From sequence record MN871453.1: a stretch of DNA of 64,000 nucleotides; one strand, written 5' to 3'. The first letter of the stretch is position 1; every line of letters starts with the position of its first letter. Below, piece by piece: positions 37,184 to 45,871 of the stretch. Made by a program: the position numbers and the translations under genes. Under the pieces are notes generated by a model. That model saw only the letters and a program-made list of their open reading frames with translations, did not search any database and was not told where the DNA came from.

Positions 37184-37774
37184 ATGCGTATTGCGGTAGT
37201 AGGCCACGCATCAAGGAAGATGGCTATTGAGAAGCTCACGAGCGTGCTCCCTTGCGAAGTGTTTCTTGACACAGTAGGGACAGGGGCGTTGGCTAACCAC
37301 ATCAAGGCTTTGGAATGGGCAGTCCAACAGGATGAACGCGTTGTTATCATGGAAGACGATGCTATTCCGGTTGAGGGCTTTATTGAAAAAGCAGAAAAGT
37401 GGTTTACTGTTTACCCGGAACAATTCGTCAGTTTTTATCTAGGGACGAGCCGACCACCGCAGTACCAGGAATTAGTAACGCACTCAATTCTTAACGCTAA
37501 ACGGTTAGGACGTGAAGCGATCCGATTAAATCAATTGATTCATGGTGTCTGTTATTCACCCGCCCCGGGTTCTATTGAAAAGATCCTAAAGGGAATTGAT
37601 AACCGAAAACCGGCGGACTTCGCTATCGGGAGTGCGTGGGGTGACCCCGTCTATTACCCCATTAAATCGCTAGTAGAACACCGTGATGGCCGTTCAGTGG
37701 AAAAGCATACTGACGGTAGGAAAAGTTCAGGGAAACGTGTAGCGCGCTTCTTGGACGGTAATTTGATGTACTAA
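37184..37774 (+). CDS. GT-A fold glycosyltransferase, GT25-like
   Basis: VVIMEDDAIP, IHGVCY, PADFAI, SLVEH; GAGGT SD. Confidence 0.65.
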   Translation: MRIAVVGHASRKMAIEKLTSVLPCEVFLDTVGTGALANHIKALEWAVQQDERVVIMEDDAIPVEGFIEKAEKWFTVYPEQFVSFYLGTSRPPQYQELVTHSILNAKRLGREAIRLNQLIHGVCYSPAPGSIEKILKGIDNRKPADFAIGSAWGDPVYYPIKSLVEHRDGRSVEKHTDGRKSSGKRVARFLDGNLMY

Positions 37775-37795
37775 AAAGAAAGATACGGCATAGAG

Positions 37796-37828
37796 TCTCT
37801 CCCTTCCTGCATTGGCAGGAAGGGAGAG
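37796..37828. terminator. Terminator between convergent genes
   Basis: CTCCCTTCCTGC-ATTG-GCAGGAAGGGAG. Confidence 0.75.
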
Positions 37829-37830
37829 GA

Positions 37831-38244
37831 TTATTCTACTAACGTGACGCCTTCAAAGCCATCCACCGTGTAACCGCGACATTTAACGAAGGTGATATCA
37901 AAAGCGATTTTTCCTAAGTTAAAGAGCGCGTCACCTAAGTCGATCTGTTCAACCTCGATCACGCACGACGCTTCAAACGTGTAAACCGGCATTTTCTTTT
38001 CCGCGACAAAGACAATACGTTTCCCGGAAAGTTCCGCGTCCTTTTTCGCTGACTTGATTTTCTCCATCAAGTCTTTCGCGTTTAAATCGCTGTACTCGCT
38101 GTGAATGAAAAGGATGACCTCCTCTTTCAATTCAGGGGCGACCGCTTTCAGGAAAAGCTCCGCTGCATCCGACGTCTCAGCGATAATCGATAAGGTATGC
38201 TGAGATTTTAAGAACTGAATAAGTAGCTGTTTAACGGGGGTCAT
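37831..38244 (-). CDS. Hypothetical protein
   Basis: 137 aa. Confidence 0.6.
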   Translation of the reverse strand: MTPVKQLLIQFLKSQHTLSIIAETSDAAELFLKAVAPELKEEVILFIHSEYSDLNAKDLMEKIKSAKKDAELSGKRIVFVAEKKMPVYTFEASCVIEVEQIDLGDALFNLGKIAFDITFVKCRGYTVDGFEGVTLVE

Positions 38245-38442
38245 CTAGAAATCCTTGATAAACGTAATTAAGCTTAGATAATGCAACCAGCCGAAGACGA
38301 CGACACAAGCTAACGACTGTAAAACCGTCATCATTTTCTTTTTCAGACCGTCCCGTATTGCAATCCACAGAAAAGCGAAAATCAGGTTACCGCTCAATAA
38401 GACCAATAACCAAAGTAAGGTATTAAGGACGTATGCCATCAA
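38245..38442 (-). CDS. Small membrane protein (2 TM)
   Basis: 65 aa, hydrophobic. Confidence 0.6.
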   Translation of the reverse strand: MMAYVLNTLLWLLVLLSGNLIFAFLWIAIRDGLKKKMMTVLQSLACVVVFGWLHYLSLITFIKDF

Positions 38443-38587
38443 CAGCCCCGGTAATGGTTTCGAGTTTCCAGAATAATTCTTTCCCCTCTCGTTTATCGGG
38501 AGCAGGGAGTTTCCCTTTACTGACGCGAATACGAACAGCGGATTGGGAGATGCCTAACATTTTAGCGACGTCTTTTGTGTTTTTCAA
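38423..38587 (-). CDS. AlpA/excisionase-like winged-HTH micro-protein (54 aa)
   Basis: Hand-translated from TTG 38587 (AAGGA SD): MKNTKDVAKMLGISQSAVRIRVSKGKLPAPDKREGKELFWKLETITGAVDGIRP. Confidence 0.65.
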   Translation of the reverse strand: MKNTKDVAKMLGISQSAVRIRVSKGKLPAPDKREGKELFWKLETITGAVDGIRP

Positions 38588-39029
38588 CGGGTTCGTTCCT
38601 TATTGAACTGTCTTTGGTAAAGGTGAAGTCAAACGCTTCGATTGATTCTATCTGGGCGATTCTGCCGTAGTCAGAATTAATGATAAGGGACTGACTGCGC
38701 ATAGCAAAACCAGAAAGGTCTGGAAAAAGATTTCTGAATCCGATCGCCTCGGGGGAAAGCGCAATGTCAGCATAAAGCCAGATGGCGCCACTGGAACAAT
38801 TGTTAACGATCTCGTAGCCTACTAGATACCCTGCACTTTGATTCCGCGAAAAGGATTTTTCCCAATCATCGGCTTGTGCGAACGTGACGTAACCAATGCT
38901 GCCAAAGTTCAGGATCTTCTGCATTTGGGCTTCTAGTCGATCAAGTGTAATGTTGTATTGATCAGCATTACGAAAATCACTGGGCGCATTGAAATTCATT
39001 AACTCTAAATTCCGTATCAATTCTGACAT
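38562..39029 (-). CDS. Hypothetical protein
   Basis: 155 aa, GAGGT SD. Confidence 0.65.
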   Translation of the reverse strand: MSELIRNLELMNFNAPSDFRNADQYNITLDRLEAQMQKILNFGSIGYVTFAQADDWEKSFSRNQSAGYLVGYEIVNNCSSGAIWLYADIALSPEAIGFRNLFPDLSGFAMRSQSLIINSDYGRIAQIESIEAFDFTFTKDSSIRNEPVEKHKRRR

Positions 39030-39047
39030 TGGCTTTACCTCACGATT

Positions 39048-39575
39048 TTATCCTCCGAAAGAATGGGAGGAAAAAGAAGAATGCGAACGAGATGTCGAAC
39101 CAAATCCCGAACGGGTCACTGTTTTCACACCTGAGAAACCATTAGAGGTTCGTGTAGGCGCGAATTCTGTACCGCTACGAGAACGAAAGGTTTCGCTATT
39201 TCGTGATCGATAGAAAGGCTGTGCGTAGCTCCCTGTACCGCCATAGGAATAATAATGCGGATATGGGTAGAAATGCGACCCACCATGGGACGTGTATTCA
39301 CAGCGATTGTTGTCGTTATCTTTCTCGCATTCTTCTTTGGTACGATAGGGCTTTCCTGTTACCTTTGCGTTATCAACTGCTGACTTATACGCGTTGGTGC
39401 AATTAGCGGAATAATCGTTGAGTGTCTTCTGACATTCTGAGATCGAACCATATGGGCGATAAGTGTCGTCAGAGACGTCGCACCCCGTTAAGATCCCGCT
39501 AACCAGAATAATCCCTCCTGCCAAAATAATGCGTTTACGAAAGCGACTCTTGCGAATGTTTTTAGTGCGTTTCAT
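39048..39575 (-). CDS. ygiB: DUF1190 / YgiB-family lipoprotein
   Basis: MKRTKNIRKSRFRK N-terminus, LTGC lipobox, four-Cys pattern, Gly/Ser-rich RSGFG tail. Confidence 0.8.
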   Translation of the reverse strand: MKRTKNIRKSRFRKRIILAGGIILVSGILTGCDVSDDTYRPYGSISECQKTLNDYSANCTNAYKSAVDNAKVTGKPYRTKEECEKDNDNNRCEYTSHGGSHFYPYPHYYSYGGTGSYAQPFYRSRNSETFRSRSGTEFAPTRTSNGFSGVKTVTRSGFGSTSRSHSSFSSHSFGG

Positions 39576-39670
39576 TTTTCTTTCCTAAAATATCCTTAAA
39601 CAAATAAAAAAGAGAATGAATAAAATAAATTGTAGGGAACGTTTGCTCCCTACAAAGTCGATTAATAAAG

Positions 39671-39970
39671 TTATTTGCGATACGCTTTCGTGCCGTTGTC
39701 TGTCTTCTGAGTATACTTGTTCTCAGAAGGGCAATACGGATCACGGGCAGCATAATCTCCCCCTAAGACAGGCGCAATGCTTCTCCCTTCTACGTAGAAG
39801 TACTCGCAACCAGTCGCGTGATCGACGATAATCCGTAAATAACCATCATCCATAGACTTCTTCTCGAAGCGCCCCGCATAGTTATTATCGGGGTCATCCC
39901 ACACCGTAATAGTGTCAGCTAACGCCCCGTGCGAGAACAACAGTATCAGAACAAGAAAAAGTTTATTCAC
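39671..39970 (-). CDS. Exported protein (signal peptide)
   Basis: MNKLFLVLILLFSHGALA; IIVDHATGCEY. Confidence 0.65.
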   Translation of the reverse strand: MNKLFLVLILLFSHGALADTITVWDDPDNNYAGRFEKKSMDDGYLRIIVDHATGCEYFYVEGRSIAPVLGGDYAARDPYCPSENKYTQKTDNGTKAYRK

Positions 39971-40418
39971 TTAACATTACCCCCGAGACCCCGTATTTGT
40001 TTCGCCAGACAGAGAAGGAGATTCCTTTCTCAGTGCGTTTAGCTTCTAACCAAACAGATGAAAAGTATTTAATCTCGTCACCTGAACCCCCTACTGAAAG
40101 CCACAATTTCTTGCCATTAGAAGAATTCGACGAGCGAATGGCTTTCATGACAGAATGAACAGAATCGATATAACTTGAAGTCGGGGACGTTAATTTTTGT
40201 TCGCCTAATCGGTTCTCCCAAAACGTTACGCTGTCAACTTCCCCGTAGCAGAACTTTGTCATATTCTGTTGCAATAGCGCAATCTGGGCGACATTGGTGA
40301 CTTTGTTACTAAAAAGCATGTCAACTGCAGAGAGGAGCAGATCCTCATCTTTAGCGGTCAGCAGCAGGGAAGATTTTTCTTGATCAGTAAAACCTTTGAT
40401 AATGTCTTCAATGTTCAT
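39963..40418 (-). CDS. Hypothetical protein
   Basis: 151 aa. Confidence 0.65.
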   Translation of the reverse strand: MNIEDIIKGFTDQEKSSLLLTAKDEDLLLSAVDMLFSNKVTNVAQIALLQQNMTKFCYGEVDSVTFWENRLGEQKLTSPTSSYIDSVHSVMKAIRSSNSSNGKKLWLSVGGSGDEIKYFSSVWLEAKRTEKGISFSVWRNKYGVSGVMLSE

Positions 40419-40426
40419 ATTCTTCC

Positions 40427-40996
40427 TTATTCAAAATGGTTAATCATGGCCAGCGGACTGGTTTTAAAATGCTTATCGCTTTCTATTTGACGGGCTAGTC
40501 GCGTAACTTCATCGGCAGCGATAATGTTGTATTCATTTCCGATTGCCAGAATTACGCACGGTATTTCCGCTTGGACAGAGAAACCCATCGTTAAACTATT
40601 AGGACGATTGATCACCTCGTAAGTCTTCTTCAACCGGCTTTCTTCTCTCTGTTCGATATTTAATCCAACCTCTTTCAGGCCGTTGACAAAGTTTTGCAGA
40701 TCCTGAAGGGTGTAAATAGGGAAAAGATGGCCGTTACCAGGTACAGTTTTTGTACGTTGAAAGAAATGAGTAACTGATGGGAGAAGTTTAAAACGAGGGA
40801 CAGGGAATTCTCCGGATGTAATGGTTTCATTGAATTCCTTTTCTGATCGATGGTAAACCGCACCGCCCCCGTTCAATGGGTAGTAACTAACAGAAGTCTC
40901 CCCATCAGTGTCATTATTAGCAGAAGTCGCTAAACCGGATACAATGTAAATTTCGCCTTTATAATGCCTATATACCTGCCCGATAGAAATGGTCAT
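40427..40996 (-). CDS. DUF1653-domain protein with an extra C-terminal domain
   Basis: GQVYRHYKGEIYIV...VSY...YHRSEKEF. Confidence 0.7.
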   Translation of the reverse strand: MTISIGQVYRHYKGEIYIVSGLATSANNDTDGETSVSYYPLNGGGAVYHRSEKEFNETITSGEFPVPRFKLLPSVTHFFQRTKTVPGNGHLFPIYTLQDLQNFVNGLKEVGLNIEQREESRLKKTYEVINRPNSLTMGFSVQAEIPCVILAIGNEYNIIAADEVTRLARQIESDKHFKTSPLAMINHFE

Positions 40997-41355
40997 TTCC
41001 CCGCCTTAAATTCATTAATTTCGATTCCGTAAACTTCGCAACTGATTTCGTTGTATGCTACGGCCGCGTTGACAGTGAAGCTATTACTATTCCTGTCCAT
41101 TGCCAATAATCCCAGTGGCAACACTTTAACGTGTTCTTTCACTCTGACACCACCTTGGTAATAGGCCCCTACCGGTTCGAGAGGACCCGTTACCTCTACC
41201 CATTTGTGGTAGGCAAGGTTTTCCACAGAACCCCCGTTAAGAAGTTTCTCTGAGAAATATTCACCCATCACAGATTTGAGATGTCCACGGCAATCGACCG
41301 CGACCGCATTAAGAGAAACACCCGCCAGTAAAACTGTTAAAATCATCTTTTTCAT
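40993..41355 (-). CDS. Exported protein (signal peptide, two Cys)
   Basis: MKKMILTVLLAGVSLNAVA. Confidence 0.7.
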   Translation of the reverse strand: MKKMILTVLLAGVSLNAVAVDCRGHLKSVMGEYFSEKLLNGGSVENLAYHKWVEVTGPLEPVGAYYQGGVRVKEHVKVLPLGLLAMDRNSNSFTVNAAVAYNEISCEVYGIEINEFKAGK

Positions 41356-41360
41356 GTTCG

Positions 41361-42002
41361 TCACTCCCAAATTTCGAAATTAATTGCTTTACGAATTTCT
41401 TCGATTATTTCAGAATGTTTCTTAGAAAGGGGTACTTTTTTTGGTGAGAAATTGAAAGACTGTTCTTCATTGAAGTGATAACATTGGTCTTCCCCCGTGT
41501 CGAAATAAAGCACGGTGCAACCCTTAATAAAGTGACGTTCTTCGATTCCGTCACGGGGATACCAGAATTCTCGCCAGCTAGGTTTTCTAGTTTCTCCGAT
41601 TTTTTCTGCCAGATTATCGAGTGAAATTTCGGTTGGTGTCCACTGAATTTCGTTACGAGGATCGGGGTAACCAAGATCAACGAAAAATTGGATAAAATCA
41701 GATACGGCGATATTTGGAACTATACCTTTGAATCTCGCCGATTGGAAGAGGATAATTCCATCTTTGATCTCTACCGTCAGATCACTCGGTGTAAATATTT
41801 GAGTGTTATTTTCGACTTTTAAGTGCGCGAAAATACGAAACGCAAATGAACCTGTTACATTTTCTTCGTTGATAGATAAGAATTCTAACAGTTTAGAAAT
41901 GTACTTCCCTTTTGTTAAACGATTGAATTCGAATGCCAAAGAAAGATTTCCTTCAACCAATTCAAAGCGCACTTCTTCCCATTTTAAATTAAACTTACCC
42001 AT
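41361..42002 (-). CDS. Hypothetical protein
   Basis: 213 aa. Confidence 0.65.
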   Translation of the reverse strand: MGKFNLKWEEVRFELVEGNLSLAFEFNRLTKGKYISKLLEFLSINEENVTGSFAFRIFAHLKVENNTQIFTPSDLTVEIKDGIILFQSARFKGIVPNIAVSDFIQFFVDLGYPDPRNEIQWTPTEISLDNLAEKIGETRKPSWREFWYPRDGIEERHFIKGCTVLYFDTGEDQCYHFNEEQSFNFSPKKVPLSKKHSEIIEEIRKAINFEIWE

Positions 42003-42030
42003 TTGTTTTACCCCAATTCACCTAAAAAGA

Positions 42031-42051
42031 AAAGGGCGGAAACCGCCCTTT
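42031..42051 (-). terminator. Terminator hairpin
   Basis: AAAGGGCGG-AAA-CCGCCCTTT. Confidence 0.75.
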
Positions 42052-42055
42052 ATCG

Positions 42056-43543
42056 TTACTGACCGATAGCCTGGTTCAGTTTCTCAATCGCCAGCCCCAA
42101 CGCCGCCTGCGCGTCAATCTGCGCGTCAATAGCTTTCTGCGCTTCGGCGAAACGCATGACGATTTCATCACGTAACGGTTTGATAGCAGCAATCAACGCC
42201 TCGTTACGCTCTTTCTGTTCCAGCTCAATCGCAACGCGTTCGAGTTCCAGAATCTGTTTACGGACGTCAGTGGATGTTGTAGGTGCCATAGTTTGCTCTT
42301 TAAACTCGATCGGTGTGATAGGGTCTGGTACAGAGTTGGCCATTTCAGGGAGTGTTGCTAAGTTCACCGGTCTAGCCTCTAAATGCGCCAACCGGTTAGG
42401 GTATTTCGAAGCATTAGTTTCCACCGTAGATTCCCCTTCTTTCGCCCCTTTTTGTAACGCTTCCATCACCGCCACTGCCATTGCAGTCGGTGCTTCAGTT
42501 TTCGTCCGATGAACAATCCCTACCGTATCTCCTTCCTCATTGAGTTTAATCCAGTTAACGTCACAGCCCGGTTTATTAGGGTGTTCATCGCTGTAGATAG
42601 AGACAATACCCTTTTCTACTAACGGGTTCAAAATGGCGAAACGCGTTTCTTTACTCAGTTCCGGCAGGTTAGGGAGATAGTTCCAAACCTGGTAGATCGG
42701 TAGTAAACTCTTAGACGCCTTCAGTAATTCTACGATCATGTCGCGGATAGCGGATTCGTTAACTTTTACCTGCGGTCTCGCTTCTTCTTTATTAGCGAAA
42801 GTATAGTCTTTTACCGCTTCCGGTAACACCGCTGTTTCAGCGTTAATGAAGTCAGGGTGAACAAAGCGCCCGACCGGGTACTTATATTTCTCCGGCTGCC
42901 ATTCTTTCTCTACTACACCTTCGTAGGTTTTCAGGTAGGAAAGAACTTGTTGACGAGACGCGCCTTTCAGGTAGCGATACTCCTTGACCGACTCATCGAT
43001 CTCCGTACGAGTAAAGCCTTTCGGGTCAGTGAGGAGAAAGGCTTTGATTTTATCGGCCGCGTTAATCAGTTTTACATCGACCAGGTGTTCGGCGCGGAGA
43101 GATTCAAAATCAACGACAGCTTTGGTTGTAACCGGTTTTTCTTGGGTGGCCATTTCTTTCTCCTCTTTGATAGGCGGGATAATGCGTTCCAGACGACTGC
43201 GTTTCTTAGTGACAATGGTCTGTTTACCTGCGCCGGTGATATGAACCACCGAACCAGACGGACGTTCTTTCTCTGGCTGTGCGAGGACGTTAATCGGCGC
43301 CGTAAACATTTTGTGACGAAGGAGAGGTGCACACTTGACGCCCTTTTGCGTTATCTCCGTTACGACGATTCTGTTTTTCTCAATGACGTACTTGAGTAAG
43401 ATATCCAGTTCTTTCTTCTTCAGTGAGCGTAGAGAAGGAATTTTAGACTGGAGCAGGTCAAAGGTCATTCCTTCGGGCAAACGCTCCAAAAACCGGCTCA
43501 GTTCTTCATACGGCAGATATAAGTTTTCTTGTAAACGGATCAT
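42056..43543 (-). CDS. Protein with three winged-helix-like repeats and a C-terminal coiled coil
   Basis: 495 aa; three ~70-aa helical units with a shared pattern; AGGAG SD. Confidence 0.5.
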   Translation of the reverse strand: MIRLQENLYLPYEELSRFLERLPEGMTFDLLQSKIPSLRSLKKKELDILLKYVIEKNRIVVTEITQKGVKCAPLLRHKMFTAPINVLAQPEKERPSGSVVHITGAGKQTIVTKKRSRLERIIPPIKEEKEMATQEKPVTTKAVVDFESLRAEHLVDVKLINAADKIKAFLLTDPKGFTRTEIDESVKEYRYLKGASRQQVLSYLKTYEGVVEKEWQPEKYKYPVGRFVHPDFINAETAVLPEAVKDYTFANKEEARPQVKVNESAIRDMIVELLKASKSLLPIYQVWNYLPNLPELSKETRFAILNPLVEKGIVSIYSDEHPNKPGCDVNWIKLNEEGDTVGIVHRTKTEAPTAMAVAVMEALQKGAKEGESTVETNASKYPNRLAHLEARPVNLATLPEMANSVPDPITPIEFKEQTMAPTTSTDVRKQILELERVAIELEQKERNEALIAAIKPLRDEIVMRFAEAQKAIDAQIDAQAALGLAIEKLNQAIGQ

Positions 43544-43574
43544 TGTATTTCTCCTTCTTCTTTTACTGGTTTAG

Positions 43575-43946
43575 TTATTTGACTAACATTTGTAATGAGG
43601 CAATAACTGCTTTCAGTTCCTCATTATTGAGAACAAGGTAGGTCGAGTCTTTTTCAAATAAGCCATCGCGGCTCGTTGCGAAAAGATCCATGGGAATATC
43701 AGAGGAAATGTCACACGTTTTCATTTCCCCCTGGATGAAATCATTGAGTTCATCTCGTTCTTCTGAGGATCTGACTTCAATGTCAATTAAGGGTCTAAAC
43801 ACAAAGTCATCGCGTAGCGATTCGTATTTAACATTTAGAGCTAGATAACCCGGCTCTAGTTGCCCCTCCGTCCAATCCACCGGTCCAAATACAAAAAGTG
43901 TCCCGGAAGGCAATTTAAGAAATTCTTCTTTAGAATAAAGTTTCAT
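43575..43946 (-). CDS. Conserved phage hypothetical protein
   Basis: Start MKLYSKEEFLKLPSGTLF at 43946 (AGGAG SD); RDGLFEKD motif. Confidence 0.65.
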   Translation of the reverse strand: MKLYSKEEFLKLPSGTLFVFGPVDWTEGQLEPGYLALNVKYESLRDDFVFRPLIDIEVRSSEERDELNDFIQGEMKTCDISSDIPMDLFATSRDGLFEKDSTYLVLNNEELKAVIASLQMLVK

Positions 43947-44007
43947 TGTATTTCTCCTATAGTAGACTGATAAAAATGAAATCGAATTTAATACATTCAA
44001 CTATCTT

Positions 44008-44040
44008 GCATAACGGAGATATATACATGAAACAAATTGC
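44008..44040 (-). promoter_or_regulatory. Putative early promoter P6
   Basis: GCAATT-N11-TATATCTC; downstream element degenerate. Confidence 0.55.
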
Positions 44041-44044
44041 ATAA

Positions 44045-44074
44045 TTCCCTACAGCACCTGCGTGCTGTAGGGAA
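44045..44074 (-). terminator. Terminator hairpin
   Basis: TTCCCTACAGCAC-CTGC-GTGCTGTAGGGAA. Confidence 0.8.
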
Positions 44075-44089
44075 CGTTATGTCTTTAAA

Positions 44090-45871
44090 TTACAACCACT
44101 GCGTCGCACGTTGACGAATAGTACGAAGACTTTCCAGTACTTTCACGTCGCCGTTCAGGTACACAGTCCGCATCGCGTCAACCTCACTACCGCGAAGCGC
44201 TTCATACTCTTCACGGGTCAGGTTATCACGCAGTTCGAGTTTTCCGTTCTCGCCCTTCGCAACGATCAGGTAACCTTTTGCCGATTTCTTGGTGCCGTCA
44301 TCGGTTTTCGGGTTTTTCGCGATAGAGTAATATTTACCGTTAACCTTCCCAGCGGTCGCCTTCATGGCGATACCCAGGGTGTCACGGGTAACATACTGGA
44401 ATTCGAAACTGCCCACACCAAAGACCACGTTGGAACTACAGAACCCGTTCGCTTTCAAACGAGAAAGGATCTGTGTCATACGAGTCAATGTGATCGCATC
44501 CCCGTAGATCAAACCGACGTGAGGGTCCAGTTCTTTGTAACCCGCAGCATTGATTGTCCCGCCGAAGATTTCAAAGAGAATTTGTACCGCCCCTTTTTTC
44601 TCTTCCAAAGAAATAGGTTTACCGCTTTTAGTCGAATAGAAAACGTTGTCGATACAATAGCACTCGTATCCGTTTTCAGAAGAAAAACGACGAACGTTTT
44701 CTTCTGTTTTCTCTCGACTTAATTCCGAGTAGAGCGTTTCACCGCCGATTCGCGGGTCGGGATAAATGCCAGCGGAAAGGTGATTATCGCCATCCCAAGT
44801 ATAGCCGCAGAGGATGTGATACGGATTACCGCTATCCGGGCGATAGACCAGTTTACCGTCACGCGCCATAATCGCATCTTTATTAGCGATGGCTTTGGTG
44901 GTGATGGTATCGAAGAAGTCGTTAGTATCGCTGACGAAGCTGAAAACGCCAGACGGATAAACTTCGGTGATCAGTCGACGTTGGAAAAGTTCTTCCGCTT
45001 TCGACAGTAGTTCCGCTTCAGTCGCATCGCGATATCCCGGAGTAGCTTGTAACTGCTCGACATAGACCGCGATATTCAGACAGGTCACACTGTGCTCTGT
45101 AGCGGGTACACTCCCGGCGATTTCAGAAATCGGCATATCGCCTTCTGGGTTATAAAAGCGATTCGCTGTCCAGACCGAAGGGAAGCTATCGCTCCCTTTG
45201 AAGTAGATCAATTGACCGACTGAACTGTTGGCATCATCGAACATCCCCGACATACCGCGCAGGGCGAAGTTATGGGATTGGTAGTCGATAAAGGCTTTTG
45301 CCGCACCCGTTTCGTTAGCGTACTGCTCTAACACTCGACGGAAGTGCAACGCTTTCGTTGCCAGTACACATGGCTTCCAGAGTTCGTTACTCCAGAGGTC
45401 TTCGAAATAACCCGTCAGCCACCCGAAGCCGTCAACTGTGTTTTCAATCGTCAGGAACGGAACACGAATAGGGACGAGTGAGCCTTCCGGCACCGCACGG
45501 ATCTCCAGTGGGATATAACCCAGTTCGTGAAGCGCTTTCAGGTGAGCGGATTTCACCACACCTTTACCCAGAACACCGTCCATGTACTGAAGGTATTCTG
45601 CCTCCGATTCGTTGAACGGCGCTTTAAAGAAGTTATCGAAACTCCCTACCAACCAACGCAGAACCAGGCGCTGCATTCCCATGAACACCGAACCGTCGAA
45701 GTCCAGTGGCGTATTGAAGTACGTATGGCTACGTGCCGTCAGGTTTTCAAAGAAGCTGTCAGTGCCCAGAGGTTGTTGGTTGATGTGCCCAGTTTTGTAG
45801 GCATCGCACAGCAGGAAAACCAGCGGATCTTCAGTATAGAACTTTGGGTCTTTCAGTAAAGGGTTGGTCAT
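44090..45871 (-). CDS. nadV: NAMPT-family enzyme, likely the NARP1 nicotinamide ADPR-transferase (Namat)
   Basis: CDAYKTGH, HNFALRG, VPATEHSV, VSDT, RPDSG, LIYGDAIT, FGVGS, NPKTDDGTKKSAKG; coupled to the Prs-like gene. Confidence 0.85.
   Translation of the reverse strand: MTNPLLKDPKFYTEDPLVFLLCDAYKTGHINQQPLGTDSFFENLTARSHTYFNTPLDFDGSVFMGMQRLVLRWLVGSFDNFFKAPFNESEAEYLQYMDGVLGKGVVKSAHLKALHELGYIPLEIRAVPEGSLVPIRVPFLTIENTVDGFGWLTGYFEDLWSNELWKPCVLATKALHFRRVLEQYANETGAAKAFIDYQSHNFALRGMSGMFDDANSSVGQLIYFKGSDSFPSVWTANRFYNPEGDMPISEIAGSVPATEHSVTCLNIAVYVEQLQATPGYRDATEAELLSKAEELFQRRLITEVYPSGVFSFVSDTNDFFDTITTKAIANKDAIMARDGKLVYRPDSGNPYHILCGYTWDGDNHLSAGIYPDPRIGGETLYSELSREKTEENVRRFSSENGYECYCIDNVFYSTKSGKPISLEEKKGAVQILFEIFGGTINAAGYKELDPHVGLIYGDAITLTRMTQILSRLKANGFCSSNVVFGVGSFEFQYVTRDTLGIAMKATAGKVNGKYYSIAKNPKTDDGTKKSAKGYLIVAKGENGKLELRDNLTREEYEALRGSEVDAMRTVYLNGDVKVLESLRTIRQRATQWL

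Noticed and set aside
35715-37774. GtrABC-type O-antigen seroconversion
   Set aside because: Both proteins look soluble, with no flippase or multi-TM GtrC-like gene, and the context is late-type.
38423-38587. Prophage or temperate lifestyle implied by the AlpA-like and HigA-like genes
   Set aside because: No integrase, repressor/cro switch, att-like repeat or host genes. The architecture is that of a lytic jumbo phage.
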